Shown: piece by piece, positions 39,929 through 53,483 of the stretch
Numbering within the stretch: position 1 is the first letter of the stretch
Layout of the letters: each line of letters starts with the position of its first letter
NCBI RefSeq assembly: GCF_001194135.2
Contig: NC_068987.1
Span: forward strand, 957,351-1,021,350
Direction of reading: 5' to 3'
Source of the DNA: Octopus bimaculoides
Lineage: Eukaryota
Length of the DNA stretch: 64,000 bases
Program-made: the position numbers and the translations under genes
The notes under the pieces: model-generated
What the model was told of the DNA's origin: nothing
The model's input: the letters and a program-made list of their open reading frames with translations, nothing else
Database searches by the model: none

Positions 39929-41093
39929 CAGTATATAAAATGTTATATATATTATATATATACATATATACTTATTTACATATATATACGTGTGTGTTTA
40001 TGTATGCATACAGATTGAGAAAAAGAGAGGGTAAGCGAGAGTGAGAGAGTGAGAGGAAGAATTGGCATCAGAGAATGAATTTAAATCTAATATCAGAAGA
40101 ATATAAGTAGGTTTGTGTTGTGTCTTGTTGCAATACAATGGCTCCATGTTCAGATGTACTTGAAATGGAAGATATGTATTGACGAGGAGGAGAAGGTGTT
40201 GGTGGTGGTGGGAGGAGGAGAGAATTAGATATCTATTGGTGATGTGAAGGTGAATGCGGAGTGGGGGATGCCAGGTTTCTATTGGTGATTGCTAATAATA
40301 ATAATATTCGATGGAAAATGTTTGGTTCTAACCACGCAACATGGTATTCCAGTCCATAGAATTTGGACTAGACACCACGCAACGTATATAACTCACTGCT
40401 TGTTTATGAATGTTGTTGTTTTTGCTGCTGTTGTCGTTTTTCTATTGCTGCATCTGCTGTTGTTGCTCTTAAAGGTGTTGAAGCAGTTGTTGTTGTTGTT
40501 GTTGTTGTCTCAACTGTTGTTTTGTTGCTAAAATTTTCCCTGATTTGTTATTAAAGCTCTTACCGTTGTAGTTGTTGCTGTTGTTTTGGCTGCTACTGTT
40601 TTTGTTGTTCTTCTTGTTGTTATTGTTGGCAGTGGTGATATTTTGGGGTTGGATGGGAAAGAGACGTAGGCGTGGCGGAGAAGAAGGTGAGGACGGCGAT
40701 GCTGTTGTCGCTGATGCAAAAGAGTATCTCTATTGAGCGCAGAGATCAATGATAGATATATGTGAAGAGAGATGATTGTTTGAAGAGGGTTTGGGAAAGC
40801 GAGAGAGACAGAGATAGACAGGTAGATAGACAGGCAGATAGACAGGTAGATAGACATAGAGACAAAGAGGTGAGGGGTGAGAGAGGTGTACATATATGCT
40901 TGCATATATTTGTGAGTGTGTGTGTGTGTGTGTGTCTAGAGAGAGGGAGAAAGTGAGAAAGATGTCTGCTCTAAGCAGAGAGACTTAAACATACAGAGTA
41001 GGGAGATTAAATTGAGATGTAGATTCTAAAGGCAAACATCACACGCACACATGTGTCTGTGTGTCGATAGGTATGCTTGTGTTAATCGAGGAA

Positions 41094-41290
41094 TGGCTGT
41101 GTGGTTTTCTAAGCAAGAAGTTTCCTTCGTAAGCATTAGGTTCCGGTATCGATTCCACTGTACGACATCTTGTGCAAAGTTCTTGTTAGGATAACGTCGG
41201 GTCGAACCAAGGCAAGTTCAGGAAATTTGAGTAGGTGGAAACGGTTTCGAATGGCCTGTACCCGGGAGTTGAATAATGTCTATCCGTTGG
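41094..41290 (+). mobile_element. tRNA-derived SINE, family B, diverged
   Basis: tggctgtgtggt...ggttccggtatcgattccactgtacgacatcttgtgcaaag...tcgggtcgaaccaagg...tggaaac aligns with the reverse complement of 43008-43164. Confidence 0.75.
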
Positions 41291-41764
41291 TTTGCGTTGA
41301 TTATACTCGAGAAATAAAAGAAAAACACACAAAGAATCCATTATATGTCTGCGGAATACTCAGCTACCCCACTAAGTTTATCCGACAACTTGACGCTGAT
41401 ACGTCGACATCTACGGAAGATTCTGCGACCGGTATTCGCACTGAATATCGAGTGAAGCTGACGGCTGGTACCTTAAACTTCTGCACGGGTCTTGCTGATA
41501 TTTTGCATGGGTACTCATCAGTAATGGTCCCCCTCGGTCACGAGTGGACAGTCATCATATCTATCTATCTACACACTCTCTCTCTCTTTCTCTCTCTCTC
41601 TATCTCTCTCTCTCTCTCTCTCTTCATACATATACACACACGTGCGTACGTACGAACAAACACACACAGAGTTTTGTGGGCGTATTTCATGTCCGCATCA
41701 TCAGATATTGGTCGTCAGGGAAAAGCGAAATTAAAATTTCCGTCCATTGCATGAGTCACATTAC

Positions 41765-41883
41765 CTGGTAGATTCCACCATCTTAGCGACTCCATATTTT
41801 ATGTTACATGCGTCACGTGGTAGTGTAAACAGGCTGCTATCACCATTTAGATGGCAAACTTCAGTGTCTGATACTTCAGATTG
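41765..41883 (-). CDS. Candidate 119-nt exon (QSEVSDTEVCHLNGDSSLFTLPRDACNIKYGVAKMVEST)
   Basis: Good donor CAG|gtaatg and an open frame in non-repetitive sequence, but the acceptor is poor (purine-rich). Confidence 0.25.
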
Positions 41884-42282
41884 CTACGTTCGTGTGTTCC
41901 ATTAATCCAATGCTCACATGCATATACATATACATCGATACACCCCCACCCGCCTCACACACATTTATCCCAACTAATAATACTGTTGATTACCGATATA
42001 TACGATATTCCAATTCCGTACTGTTTATCGTGTGTGTGTGTGTGTGTGTGTCTAAAATCGGGTAATACGTTAGAAAAGGTAGCTTTAATAAAAAACCAAT
42101 AATTATGAAATAGCTAAGACTCTTCCCAGTGAAATTAGTAATTCTATAGATTAAGCAATAGACTTGATGGTAATTTATATTAACGGCACAAACCATTACA
42201 ACGTTCTACTGCATTCCCGTGGAAAATTTCCATCTCGTAAACAAAAGTTTGCAAATACATCTATACATGCCTATTCACATTC

Positions 42283-42362
<80 letters not shown>
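42283..42362. repeat. (CTAT)n microsatellite
   Basis: Read directly from the sequence. Confidence 0.97.
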
Positions 42363-42370
42363 GTGGTCTT

Positions 42371-42417
<47 letters not shown>

Positions 42418-42972
42418 AATATATGTATATATATGTATGACTGTGCGTATGTAGAACTATATGTGTGACATATACCAAATTATTACAATGGCATAAAATC
42501 CCATAATTATATCTTTACATATATTCAAGAAAATTCTTTGATTATTCCTCAAGAATACCTTACTCTGATTTATATCCATTCTCTCACATTGAATCATGTT
42601 TTTGGCAATTCCAGTCATTTAATTACGACAGATAATGTAGCTCTGATTACTGCAACAGGGAAATATTTGTAGAACCAGCATAATATGTTATACACGTATA
42701 TTACATAGTGTACCTATGAAGCAGACGTACATTAGAGAAACTACTTCATGATAAGCGTGAACGTGCGCATGCGTGTGTATGTGTGTTTTAAAGCTTTTAG
42801 TGCTTAGTACAGATTAAAATATTTTCGTGTGTGCTTGTATGGCAGTATTTAGTGTTCAGTTCATAAAAGAGGTTTTTGTTTATTAAATATCATTAAGAGT
42901 ATGTGTTCGTTAAGCAGTGTAAGACATACGAGGAAGCACGCCGTCTACTGCGTGATATTCTGTATATTAGAA

Positions 42973-43003
<31 letters not shown>

Positions 43004-43007
43004 GTAT

Positions 43008-43164
43008 GACGGACTTCGTTCAGTTTCCGTCAACCAAATCCACTCACAAGGCATTGGTCGGTCCGAGGCTATAGTAGAAGGCACTTACCTAAAGTGCCAC
43101 GTAGTGGGACCGAACCCGGAACCATGTGGTTGGTTAGCAAGCTACATACCACACAGCCACTCCC
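43008..43164 (-). mobile_element. tRNA-derived SINE, family B, well preserved
   Basis: Minus strand gggagtggctgtgtggta (A box), ggttccgggttcggtccca (B box), then ctactatagcctcggaccgaccaatgccttgtgagtggatttggttgacggaaactgaacgaagtccgtc. Confidence 0.9.
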
Positions 43165-43647
43165 TCCTGCCACTTTCCTACATGGCACCACTTCTTCGTG
43201 GCTCACTCGCAGTCTCCTCCAACTATACTGAACCCATTTTCTTTACACTTTCTTCCCCACTTTTCTATGTAACCTTTTTATTACTCAATGACGAAAGATT
43301 AATTAGACCGAAACGACCATCTTTCTTTATCTTTTCAGNNNNNNNNNNNNNNNNNNNNNNNNNNNNNNNNNNNNNNNNNNNNNNNNNNNNNNNNNNNNNN
43401 NNNNNNNNNNNNNNNNNNNNNNNNNNNNNNNNNNNNNNNNNNNNNNNNNNNNNNNNNNNNNNNNNNNNNNNNNNNNNNNNNNNNNNNNNNNNNNNNNNNN
43501 NNNNNNNNNNNNNNNNNNNNNNNNNNNNNNNNNNNNNNNNNNNNNNNNNNNNNNNNNNNNNNNNNNNNNNNNNNNNNNNNNNNNNNNNNNNNNNNNNNNN
43601 NNNNNNNNNNNNNNNNNNNNNNNNNNNNNNNNNNNNNNNNNNNNNNN

Positions 43648-43694
<47 letters not shown>

Positions 43695-44183
43695 CATGTA
43701 TATAGACACATAGACATATGTAACTATATATATGTATACATAGGTGTGTGTGTAGGTTTATTTGTCTTTAAAGGATGAAGAAATACATGCAGAATATAAA
43801 TCATTCCATGTGTATAAATACGTTTTATTCACTTACAATGCTAAAATATATTTATACACATCCATTCATATATACTTATGTATATATATATGTATTTGCA
43901 ATGAAATAAGTTTATGTAAATGTGTATATTCATGAAATAATCAATATAGACAGATACACGGTTATGTAGAAATAATCTGCGTAACGCAAACACACACACA
44001 TACACACACACACACACACATGCATGCATATTGGTTCAATGGGCATATCTATAAAGTAATCTCTCACTCTTTCTCTCCATCCATATATATATATACTCAC
44101 CTCCCGCCATACAGATGGGTGCATAAAGCTTAAAAATATATCCCAACACATGTACATTCCTTTTCATATAAATATATACACTA

Positions 44184-44217
<34 letters not shown>

Positions 44218-45564
44218 TCTAAACAAATCTGTTAGTGTGTATCTAACTGCATTTCCTTCTATAATGGCGTATATGTATTTGGCATTGCTTTTCCCATAAA
44301 CCTTTATTGGGGTGCAACAGGGAGCAAGTGGCGCTTTTATGTAACCAATTTATTAATAACTTCACATTGCCGCTGTTTATGACTTGCAGAATATACCAGT
44401 TTTATTACAGTTTTACACACCGAATGCTAACTCCTATCATGTCATGTGCCTCCACTAGAAATCATGGTTGAGAAATATTACGATGTAGACTAGCGGTGTA
44501 GGTGGCGCTGTGATACATGGTGTTTCATACATGTGTGTAAATGTATTAAATAGAAAAGAAAAACGATAATAATTTCGCAGCTTCTCTTATTCTTCTTTTA
44601 ATGTTTTCAGGCGTTAGACTTTGGTTACAGAGAAGCACCGCCTTCTATATCTTGGGCACTGTCTTTCTTCCTTCGATTACGCTATTAGTGTATGTGTGTG
44701 TGTATAGTGAGTGGTGTGCGTGTGGAGGCTTCAGCAATGTTCCTGTCTAGCAGATTTTGCACACAAGTTATTGATCGAGCTAAGCTATTACGCTATTATG
44801 CAATAAGAGAATAACCCAAGTTACCGATCTCTGGGATCGAACGCAAATTCAAGTGTTTTGAAAATGAGAATCTGAGCAACGCGTCTATGTCCCCACCAGG
44901 AGTAAAAGTTCAAATGTATTCTTGTATCTGGAATGAGAAAAATAACTATAAATAAAAATGTGTGATTGTATTTCAATTCCTAATTTACCGATCGGTTCAT
45001 GTTCAACATGTTTTTTTTCGTTAAATCAATACAAAAACACATTTCGCCTTAGAAAGCACCACAACATCCTACATACAGCAATTGTACTGCAGTCATACAA
45101 CAATTATTATTTAAACTGGTGGCTTTTGTAAAGCATTATAATGATACTTACGTACGGCTACATCGAATGATGCGTTATAATATTTAGTGCCTCCCCGACT
45201 TGTTGTAGGTCATGATTAATCGGATCTACGGTGCAAGAGGATCCAGTCGTGGCCACGTCATCGGTTTTTATTGCTATAACATTCATTGTCCCAAACATTC
45301 TTCCTTTTCAAAATTGTAAATTAAGGCAGATTTTGCTGCTATTTCATTCGGGATAGAGTCATGTTTTAACCAGTCATGGTTCTTCATTACCAAATCATTT
45401 CTCATTCAAGAAAAGTGTTTCCAGAAGCATTTCAGTCATGACCAAATGACAATATTATATCATGTCACTTTCTCTTTCCCCAAACTGCTAAAGTCAACGT
45501 GACATTTCATCTGTCCGGAAGCAATAAATTAGACATATTTCATGACCTTTTTAGCTCTATATTC

Positions 45565-45745
45565 TTTTCTACTCTTGGTACAAGGCATGAAAATTTTTGG
45601 GGAGAGTACCAGTCGATTAGATGGACCCCAGTACGCAACTGGTACTTAATTTATCGACCCCTAAAGGATGAAAGGCAAAGTGGACCTCGGCGGAATTTGA
45701 ACTCAAAACGAAAAGACAGACGAAATACTGCTAAGCATTTAGTCC
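45565..45745 (-). mobile_element. SINE family A
   Basis: Plus strand actggtacttaatttatcgacccctaaaggatgaaaggcaaagtggacctcggcggaatttgaactc...aaatactgctaagcattt. Confidence 0.92.
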
Positions 45746-45749
45746 TATC

Positions 45750-45900
45750 TCAGACTTGATCTCGAAGGCCTTTGATGAAAATCTATATTTACTTCCATTT
45801 TTTGCTCGTTGTATGACCAGCGGAGAATAAAATACGAGCGGAATATTACTGAGAAAACACTGCTTCTTGAATGGTTGGCCTTTAATTCTCGAAAATCTCA
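45750..45900 (+). mobile_element. Possible LINE RT micro-fragment
   Basis: DLISKAFD resembles the RT motif LDISKAFD. Nothing else supports it. Confidence 0.25.
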
Positions 45901-47157
45901 GGCATTTCTATCTGTGCATTCTGGATCTAAGCTAAAGTGACAGCGCTAGATATAGCTTTCTTCAATTAAACCAAACTACCTCAAAATAAGTGCACAGCCG
46001 ATAATGTAGTCCCAGATACACTTACTTAAACAACAAAGTAAAAATGTTTTTAATCATGGGCCTTCCCGAACAGTACTGACCTAGGGCTAAACAACAGCTA
46101 TGATTATATCATGTTGAAAGACAGCAATACACTTTGTGAAAATCAAAACATCGGATAAATAAAACATTAAGCTAAAATATGTGAAGTCTTCAGTCCGATG
46201 TGAAACCTTTTAAGATTAAAATTCATTCAGCGTTTGGAAAGAAAAAAAAATATAAAAAAAATAACATACTAGCCATTATTGAGACTGTCTAAGAATGTGC
46301 TCTTAACTAAATGGTAACTTAAGAAAGTTTAGAATTGCGAAAGATTCGGAATAAATACCATTTAATAATATTTAAGTTAGCTAAATCGTGTTTGGAACGC
46401 CATTTCTGTACAGGAAAACAAAACAAAACAAAAAGGAAAGAGAAAAATATAAGATGAAAGCATATTTGCTGATAGTCTTTTATAAAACAATTAGGCTCCA
46501 AATTTGCCATAAATGTCGGTTCCACTATCAAAATATCCCATTAAATTCGAATAACAAAGCTTAGATTTCCCATAGTTATATTTATGACTTTTTAGAAAGA
46601 ATTTTAGTTCGGTAAAAAATAAACAAAAAGAAAAAATAAAAGACGTAAATTTTCAATGGTTTATTAAATAAATGAGTGAATCAAATAATTATTATAATTC
46701 CCTCTCCACCCTCCATCCCTTAATTATGCCTAACCTACTACCCTCCACCCTCTCTCTCTCTCTCTCTCTCTTTATGTTAGATTGAAAAGAAAGTTTAATT
46801 TCAGATAATTTTTACGAACTTAATATTCAACAATTACTTTTGTTTACAAATGACAATAATGACAATTTAATATCCATTGTCTTTACTGGGTAAAAATAAT
46901 GCGATAGAAAGGGTGTATAGAGGGTATATAGAGACATTAGATACACAGTAATTCGCTGCATACAATGTAAGGAATTAATGCATTCATGAGAGGGACACTC
47001 GGTGCAGACTTGTGGACTACAAACTATCAACTATGCCTAGTATATATATACGGCTGTAGGTATATACATACATTAATAGGTATATATATATNNNNNNNNN
47101 NNNNNNNNNNNNNNNNNNNNNNNNNNNNNNNNNNNNNNNNNNNNNNNNNNNNNNNNN

Positions 47158-47200
<43 letters not shown>

Positions 47201-48288
47201 CTAAACACTGAGGAAGTTCTTACAGTTAATTTGCCGAAACGCGTGTGTCTTTCTGTGCATAAAATATTAGTGTTTTCTGTAATTTAGTAGCACACACATA
47301 TACACATTCACACACTCACAGACTCTGTCTCTGTCTACCTGTCTCCCTCTCTCTCATAAACAAACACACACACATACACACACATACTTATTCAGTGGAG
47401 AAAATGATTAATTCGCTGTTCATATCTCGTGTTCCTCCTTCATCAGGCAAGTTGTGATAACCTCCCTTCAGCCTGTATCCGGCAGTTTTACAAAAGATCA
47501 TGTCAAGAATCTAAGTTTCATAACCGTGTACTACAATCGTGTGAAACCGTCTGCACTTACTGCAGCGATACAAGCGGATAATACAGTAATTACATTTCGT
47601 CCGGGTTTATAGCACATAAACTGGTGGGAGAGGGCGTGATCGAAATGTGAAACCTCTTAACATTCTAAATGATGGACGTGGCGACATTTTAATCGCAATT
47701 ACATTAGTAGAGAGGGTAACAAATCATTAGCTTTCTAACTGATACTTGTACGAGAAGGCAGAGAGGATAATCCCAGACTAGATATCGAAATTAAAAGATA
47801 TTAACTACACACAACACACACTTGTGAACACACAAACTCACTGATATTTAGACACAAACATCGATACGAAAACAAGCAATTTCGGGTTTAGCCCCAAAGT
47901 AGTCCCGATAGTGTAGACCTACGATATAAAAAATATGGTAGCTATGAGCCGCCTAATTATTTTTTAATGCATAACGTAGTCACTGTTTTTTTTTTTTTAC
48001 GGTGCCAAGTTTAAAAGGGGGTGAGAGAGCTGGGTAACTCTTATCCAGTAAACTTGGGTTCAAAGACATTCCAAACCCTAATTCCACGGTGCAAGGAAGC
48101 ACAAGATACTTTGCACAACGTCGCCTTTCTAAGATATGATGGTACGATATGAAGGAGATTTGTCTGCTATTACTACCAAGCTGAGCGTCCAAATAGAATC
48201 CCCCACCATTCGTGCGATTTGAACCAGGTCAAGCAACTACTTAAACGTTCTCTTCTTTCCATGAACTTCAAATAATCATTTAATATTG

Positions 48289-48496
48289 ATTTCAAATTTT
48301 GGCACAAATAATTTTTACGGGGTGGGTTAAATTAATTTCATCGACGACAGTGTTTGAGTGGTATTTATGTTATCTACACCGAAAGAATAAGAGGGACAGT
48401 CGACGTCAGCGGAACTTGAACGCTGAGGCTGAAGACGCACGAGATGCTGTTCAGAGGTTTTCCGTCCCAGTAACGATTCTGTCAGCTCGCCGCCTA
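48289..48496 (-). mobile_element. SINE family A, diverged
   Basis: Plus strand gatttcaaattttggcacaa...agtcgacgtcagcggaacttgaac...taacgattctgtcagctcgccgcct. Confidence 0.85.
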
Positions 48497-48863
48497 AGCT
48501 AATTAGTTAATATTGACAGAAGAGTGATGGATTTACTCAGAGCACAATTATTCAGAATTAACAGATGGATAAATAATGTCATAAAGAATATTCTTGAAAT
48601 TCTCAAGAATAAGGTGAGATGAGGTGTCCAAAGAATGATCAACAGACGTTTTACCCGGTGGCGCCCACACACTGGACACAGAACTTTGTAACAACGCACG
48701 GTAGTGATTAGTGTGTCTCCCCCTCCCTCCATTGCTCACCTTAGTTGGTCCTGTCTATCCTTCTGTCGCCATCTTTGCATCTCGCACACACACACTTGTA
48801 TGCAAACGAGTATACATACATACATACATGCATGCATACATACATACATACATACATACATAC

Positions 48864-48894
<31 letters not shown>

Positions 48895-49545
48895 CGCACG
48901 TACACACATATATATACACACACATATTGTACTTAGACATACATGTATGTATATAATATGTATTTGTTGGTTTCTCTCCCACTCATTGCGTTTCTCTCTC
49001 TCTGGGCATGCGTATATACGTGCATATATGTATATATATATATGCGTATGTGTGTGTGTGCTTATACATACAATTATATATATGTATATACATACATATA
49101 TATGTATACACACAGGTGTATATGTATATACATAAACTTACACACACACACACACACATATAGTTCCTTTGTTTTCTGTCTTTGTCGTTCAATCTCTCCA
49201 TCAGTCAGGACAGGCTCAGACATACACACACACTCACTCACACACATAGACACACATGCAATGATACTTCAGCAGAAGCACACGCACATTCACACACACA
49301 CACACACATGCAAACACACACACATAGATATATATATAATTACTGTTTACTGATCGTTCGATGGTCTGTATCGATTTTCTGTGGATTCTTTTGAACTATT
49401 TCCGATAGAGTAGAGAGAATAACGAAGACAACAATATTCTCTTAGAAATATAAAGTCGCCAGTAGCTTCGTTTATTGAACTCATTCGAGAAATACAACGG
49501 ACACATAACAAAACATAAAATTAACAAAAAAAAACATATGTTCAT

Positions 49546-49587
<42 letters not shown>

Positions 49588-49750
49588 GTGTGTGCCTGTG
49601 TGTGAGTTTGCATTCGTATATGACAAAATAGAGAACAGTAATAAAAAAGGTATGTTCATATATATGAATGTGTGCGTATATATATANNNNNNNNNNNNNN
49701 NNNNNNNNNNNNNNNNNNNNNNNNNNNNNNNNNNNNNNNNNNNNNNNNNN

Positions 49751-49792
<42 letters not shown>

Positions 49793-49994
49793 TTATGTAT
49801 ACATACATACACATATATCAATTGAAATACACAGATAAACACATGTGAGCGAGATATCGAGAGAGAGAGAGAGAGAGGGTGGGGGAGGGAGAGAGATATA
49901 TAGAAACAGAGTGAGACTGAGAGAGAAAGAGAGAAACATGTAAATGCATAAATACACACACGCATAGAAAGATGTATTTAATAAAGGCTATGGT

Positions 49995-50133
49995 GATTAT
50001 GATGTTGGTAATAATAATAATAATAATCATGATAATGATTCTAATAATGATGATGATGATGATGACAATAATAATAATAATGATAATAATAATGATGATA
50101 ATAATAAAAATAATAATGATAATAATGATGGTA

Positions 50134-50222
<89 letters not shown>

Positions 50223-50345
50223 AATAATAATAATGATATTGATAATGATAATAATAATATCAATGATAATAATAATGATATTCTTTTTATTATCATAATA
50301 ATAAAAATGATAATAATAATAATAATAATAATAATAACGATTATA
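49995..50345. repeat. (AAT)n/(GAT)n compound microsatellite, about 350 bp
   Basis: Read directly from the sequence. Confidence 0.97.
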
Positions 50346-50743
50346 GTAATTCTAATGATAATACTAATAATAATTTTGGTAATGACTTCCTCGAATTCAG
50401 TGCTTGTCTACGATTCTTTCTGGCCAGTGGGTTTCCAATGTAAATTTACAATTGTTTAGTTAATATAAGCATTCTTTGAAGAATTCAGCCTGGTCGGCCT
50501 GGAATTACCATAAATTGAAGACTGCATTGATATATCTTGTGGATTGATATTGATACGAATAATCTACCATATTATCTACATAATGTCTAGGTAGATGATT
50601 ACGAATTATGATTGTCCCTATCTTTCTTTCTCTTTATCCATCTCTCTCCTTCACTCTCTCTCTTTCTCTCTCTGTATATTTGTATACGTGTATATATATA
50701 TATTTATATATATACACGTATATATGCACATATATATATATAG

Positions 50744-50776
<33 letters not shown>

Positions 50777-51370
50777 TAAATAGAGACCCAACTATGCTAC
50801 CTCTATAAATATATATATATCGATACATGAATATACAATACGTATACAAACATGCAAGCATGCATACATATTTACGAGCTTACACAACCACACACACAGG
50901 CAAACACACACACACGCACACACACACACACAAACGTATACGCATACGCATACACAGAGGTCTGTGTGAGTGTGTGTAGATATCTAGATATCGTTATAAT
51001 ACATTGTTGCATTGAGACTAGTAGTAAAGTCAGCATTGTTGCTCAACCACTAGTTTTAGTTGTTCAATGCACTGGCTTCCTTCAGGGGACTCTTCCGAAG
51101 CTTTGCTGTAGGCCTGGTGCAAATACAAACGCCATTTTGAAATTTGAAATTAAATTATAATAAACGTAAAACTCACATGAAAATATAAAACAATTACATT
51201 TCTGTCACTTAACTTTGATCGCTTAATGGTGTTACGGTTTTATGCTTCGGTTAATATAACTATCAAGATGAAACGAGTTTCGAATTATATATTGCGGTGG
51301 TGTGTTCAATCCCTGGCTCAGTCAGTCTACTTTTTGGTTCAATAATATCTACTTACATACATGAGTATAT

Positions 51371-51401
<31 letters not shown>

Positions 51402-51864
51402 GGTGTGTGTGTGTATATATATATATGTATACGTGTGTGTGTATCATTTTGTTTGTGTGTGTTTATGTGTATGTATGACTACCAGTGTATGAATATATAC
51501 AGATATATGCATACTCATGTATGTATAAGTATATATCTGCGCAATTCCAAGTATACACACACACATTTATTTATACGGTGTATACATACGGATACACAAA
51601 AGAGCACACACTCAGTTTATATGTATCCATACATCCATCCATACATACATACATACATGTGAATGTATCATATTTAAGAAGACTATTCTTAGCATGTTTG
51701 TAATGTTTCGAATTAGTTGCCTTCATCAGACTAAAAGATATTTCGGTTTTCCAAAGCGTTCATACGTTTTGATCCGTCTCTTTTGAATTTGATTATTGTA
51801 GTTGCTTAATGGATGTGGTATTCTTGCGTATTTTATCATTTAAAACAAAAAAGACAGAAGACAT

Positions 51865-52330
51865 ATAGATGGCATGACAGGCCTTGACTACTGGGGTCGA
51901 TTGGAAAAGCTCAAGCTTTATTCTCTCCAACGTCGCCGTGAACGCTACATCATCTGCATGATGTGGAAAATATTCCATTAGCAGTGCCCAAGTGATGTTG
52001 GCATCACCGAACCCCATGCGATTCGCCCACAACATAAATCATACTCACATCACATAACAACAGCACGGCACAATTATTTCACTTCAATTGGCTCCGATCT
52101 CTTTAACATTACACCAAAACACATTAAAGCAGAAACAGACTCCATAAAGTTCAAGAAGTCTTTCGACAAATTCCTTCAAGAAATCCCGGATTAACCTCCT
52201 TAATCTGGATATCTTTCTACAAACAATAACTCTCTCCTTGAGTGGGCCATGTTGTCTGATTCCGGACTTTGCCAGGTGGTGCTATTAAGTTAGACATGAC
52301 CTGGGCTAATACTGACCGAAGCCTGTCAAA
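51865..52330 (+). mobile_element. CR1-clade LINE 3' end (ORF2 C-terminus and 3' UTR)
   Basis: IDGMTGLDYWGRLEKLKLYSLQRRRERYIICMMWKIFH*...NYFTSIGSDLFNITPKHIK...KFKKSFDKFLQEIPD*P...NNSLLEW, with the hallmark L.SL..RR.R and FK..LD.FL motifs. Confidence 0.9.
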
Positions 52331-53236
52331 GTATATGTTTATGAAACATTTATTTCGTTGCACAGAAAAATGAATCCTACTTTATATATGAGATTTGGAA
52401 CAAAAAAAAAAAGTAAAAATAAAAACTAAAGTTAGATTTTCACGGATTCAACTTAACCGAGAATTCGAAGTCACTCACTAACATTTCCACGTAAATATGC
52501 CACCAACACTATACTTTTCTTGAAGGTGCTCTATGATGCTTCAATCACTGATTGATTTCTGTAGATCTAACTTATATATGAACACAAACTTTACTACACA
52601 TATACATACACACATGATGTTAAATGTTATCCTGTGAAAGAAAGTGCAATACACACATACATATATGTAAGCATGCATGTATGCATAGATAGATATATGT
52701 ATGTGTGTGTGTGTGTGTGTGTATGCATGTATATATGTCTATGCATAATGATGGTAATAACATATTTACAACTGATAGAATATCTAAACATACCACACAC
52801 ATGCGTAATCTATGTTTCTAATGACATCTGCTTTGTTATTTATTCACGGCGCATTTAATTCAAAAGTGTAAATCTATTTTGTGTTTGTCTGGCGCTTTCT
52901 AACCGACTGCCCTTAATAAAGAGACCAATGGAGTTTGATTTTCATCTTTTTATTTCTAAATTCGATTGATGTCTGAGATCAATTGTGACATTGATCCCAC
53001 AAGCGTTAGTTAAATGATTGCTAATAATATATTGGATTCGATTATTTGTGGCCAATCGAAGGCAATCAATACAACAGAATACCATAATTAGATGTTTGTC
53101 TGTTTTGTGTCAGTTTAAGAATTATTAAATAATGGTAAGCTCTTGTCATAATTCAATTAAAAATTCTTCATCGGAAATATATTTTTGTATTTAAAGTATC
53201 TCTAGATTAGAGAAGGAAATACATAGCGCTCTTACA

Positions 53237-53272
<36 letters not shown>

Positions 53273-53483
53273 TACGCGCGCACACACACATATACATATA
53301 TTTAGATCTACTGCAAAAGCGTAAGGGTATGTCAGATATACAAAATCAATTACTGGTTTATTAAAATTATTTCAGCTTCTAGGGAAGGTAGAACAATCGT
53401 TTGTTGTCAATTGGTACAACACCAAACGAGATGAGAGGATAACCCGAGAGCATAGATCTCCAGAAATTAATATACTCTTAAGG

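Noticed and set aside
40657-40740. Short ORF MGKRRRRGGEEGEDGDAVVADAKEYLY
   Set aside because: It is purine-rich low-complexity sequence with no supporting context.
43285-43320. Hammerhead-like tgacga...gaccgaaacg
   Set aside because: The CUGA start is missing and stems I and II do not pair.
44611-44690. Plus-strand exon ALDFGYREAPPS after a strong acceptor
   Set aside because: It is the antisense of a SINE-B tail (gaagcaccgcct), which supplies the acceptor-like tract.
51690-51740. Minus-strand CTGATGA...GAAA hammerhead
   Set aside because: Stem II is poor, and I found no stem I partner or NUH site.
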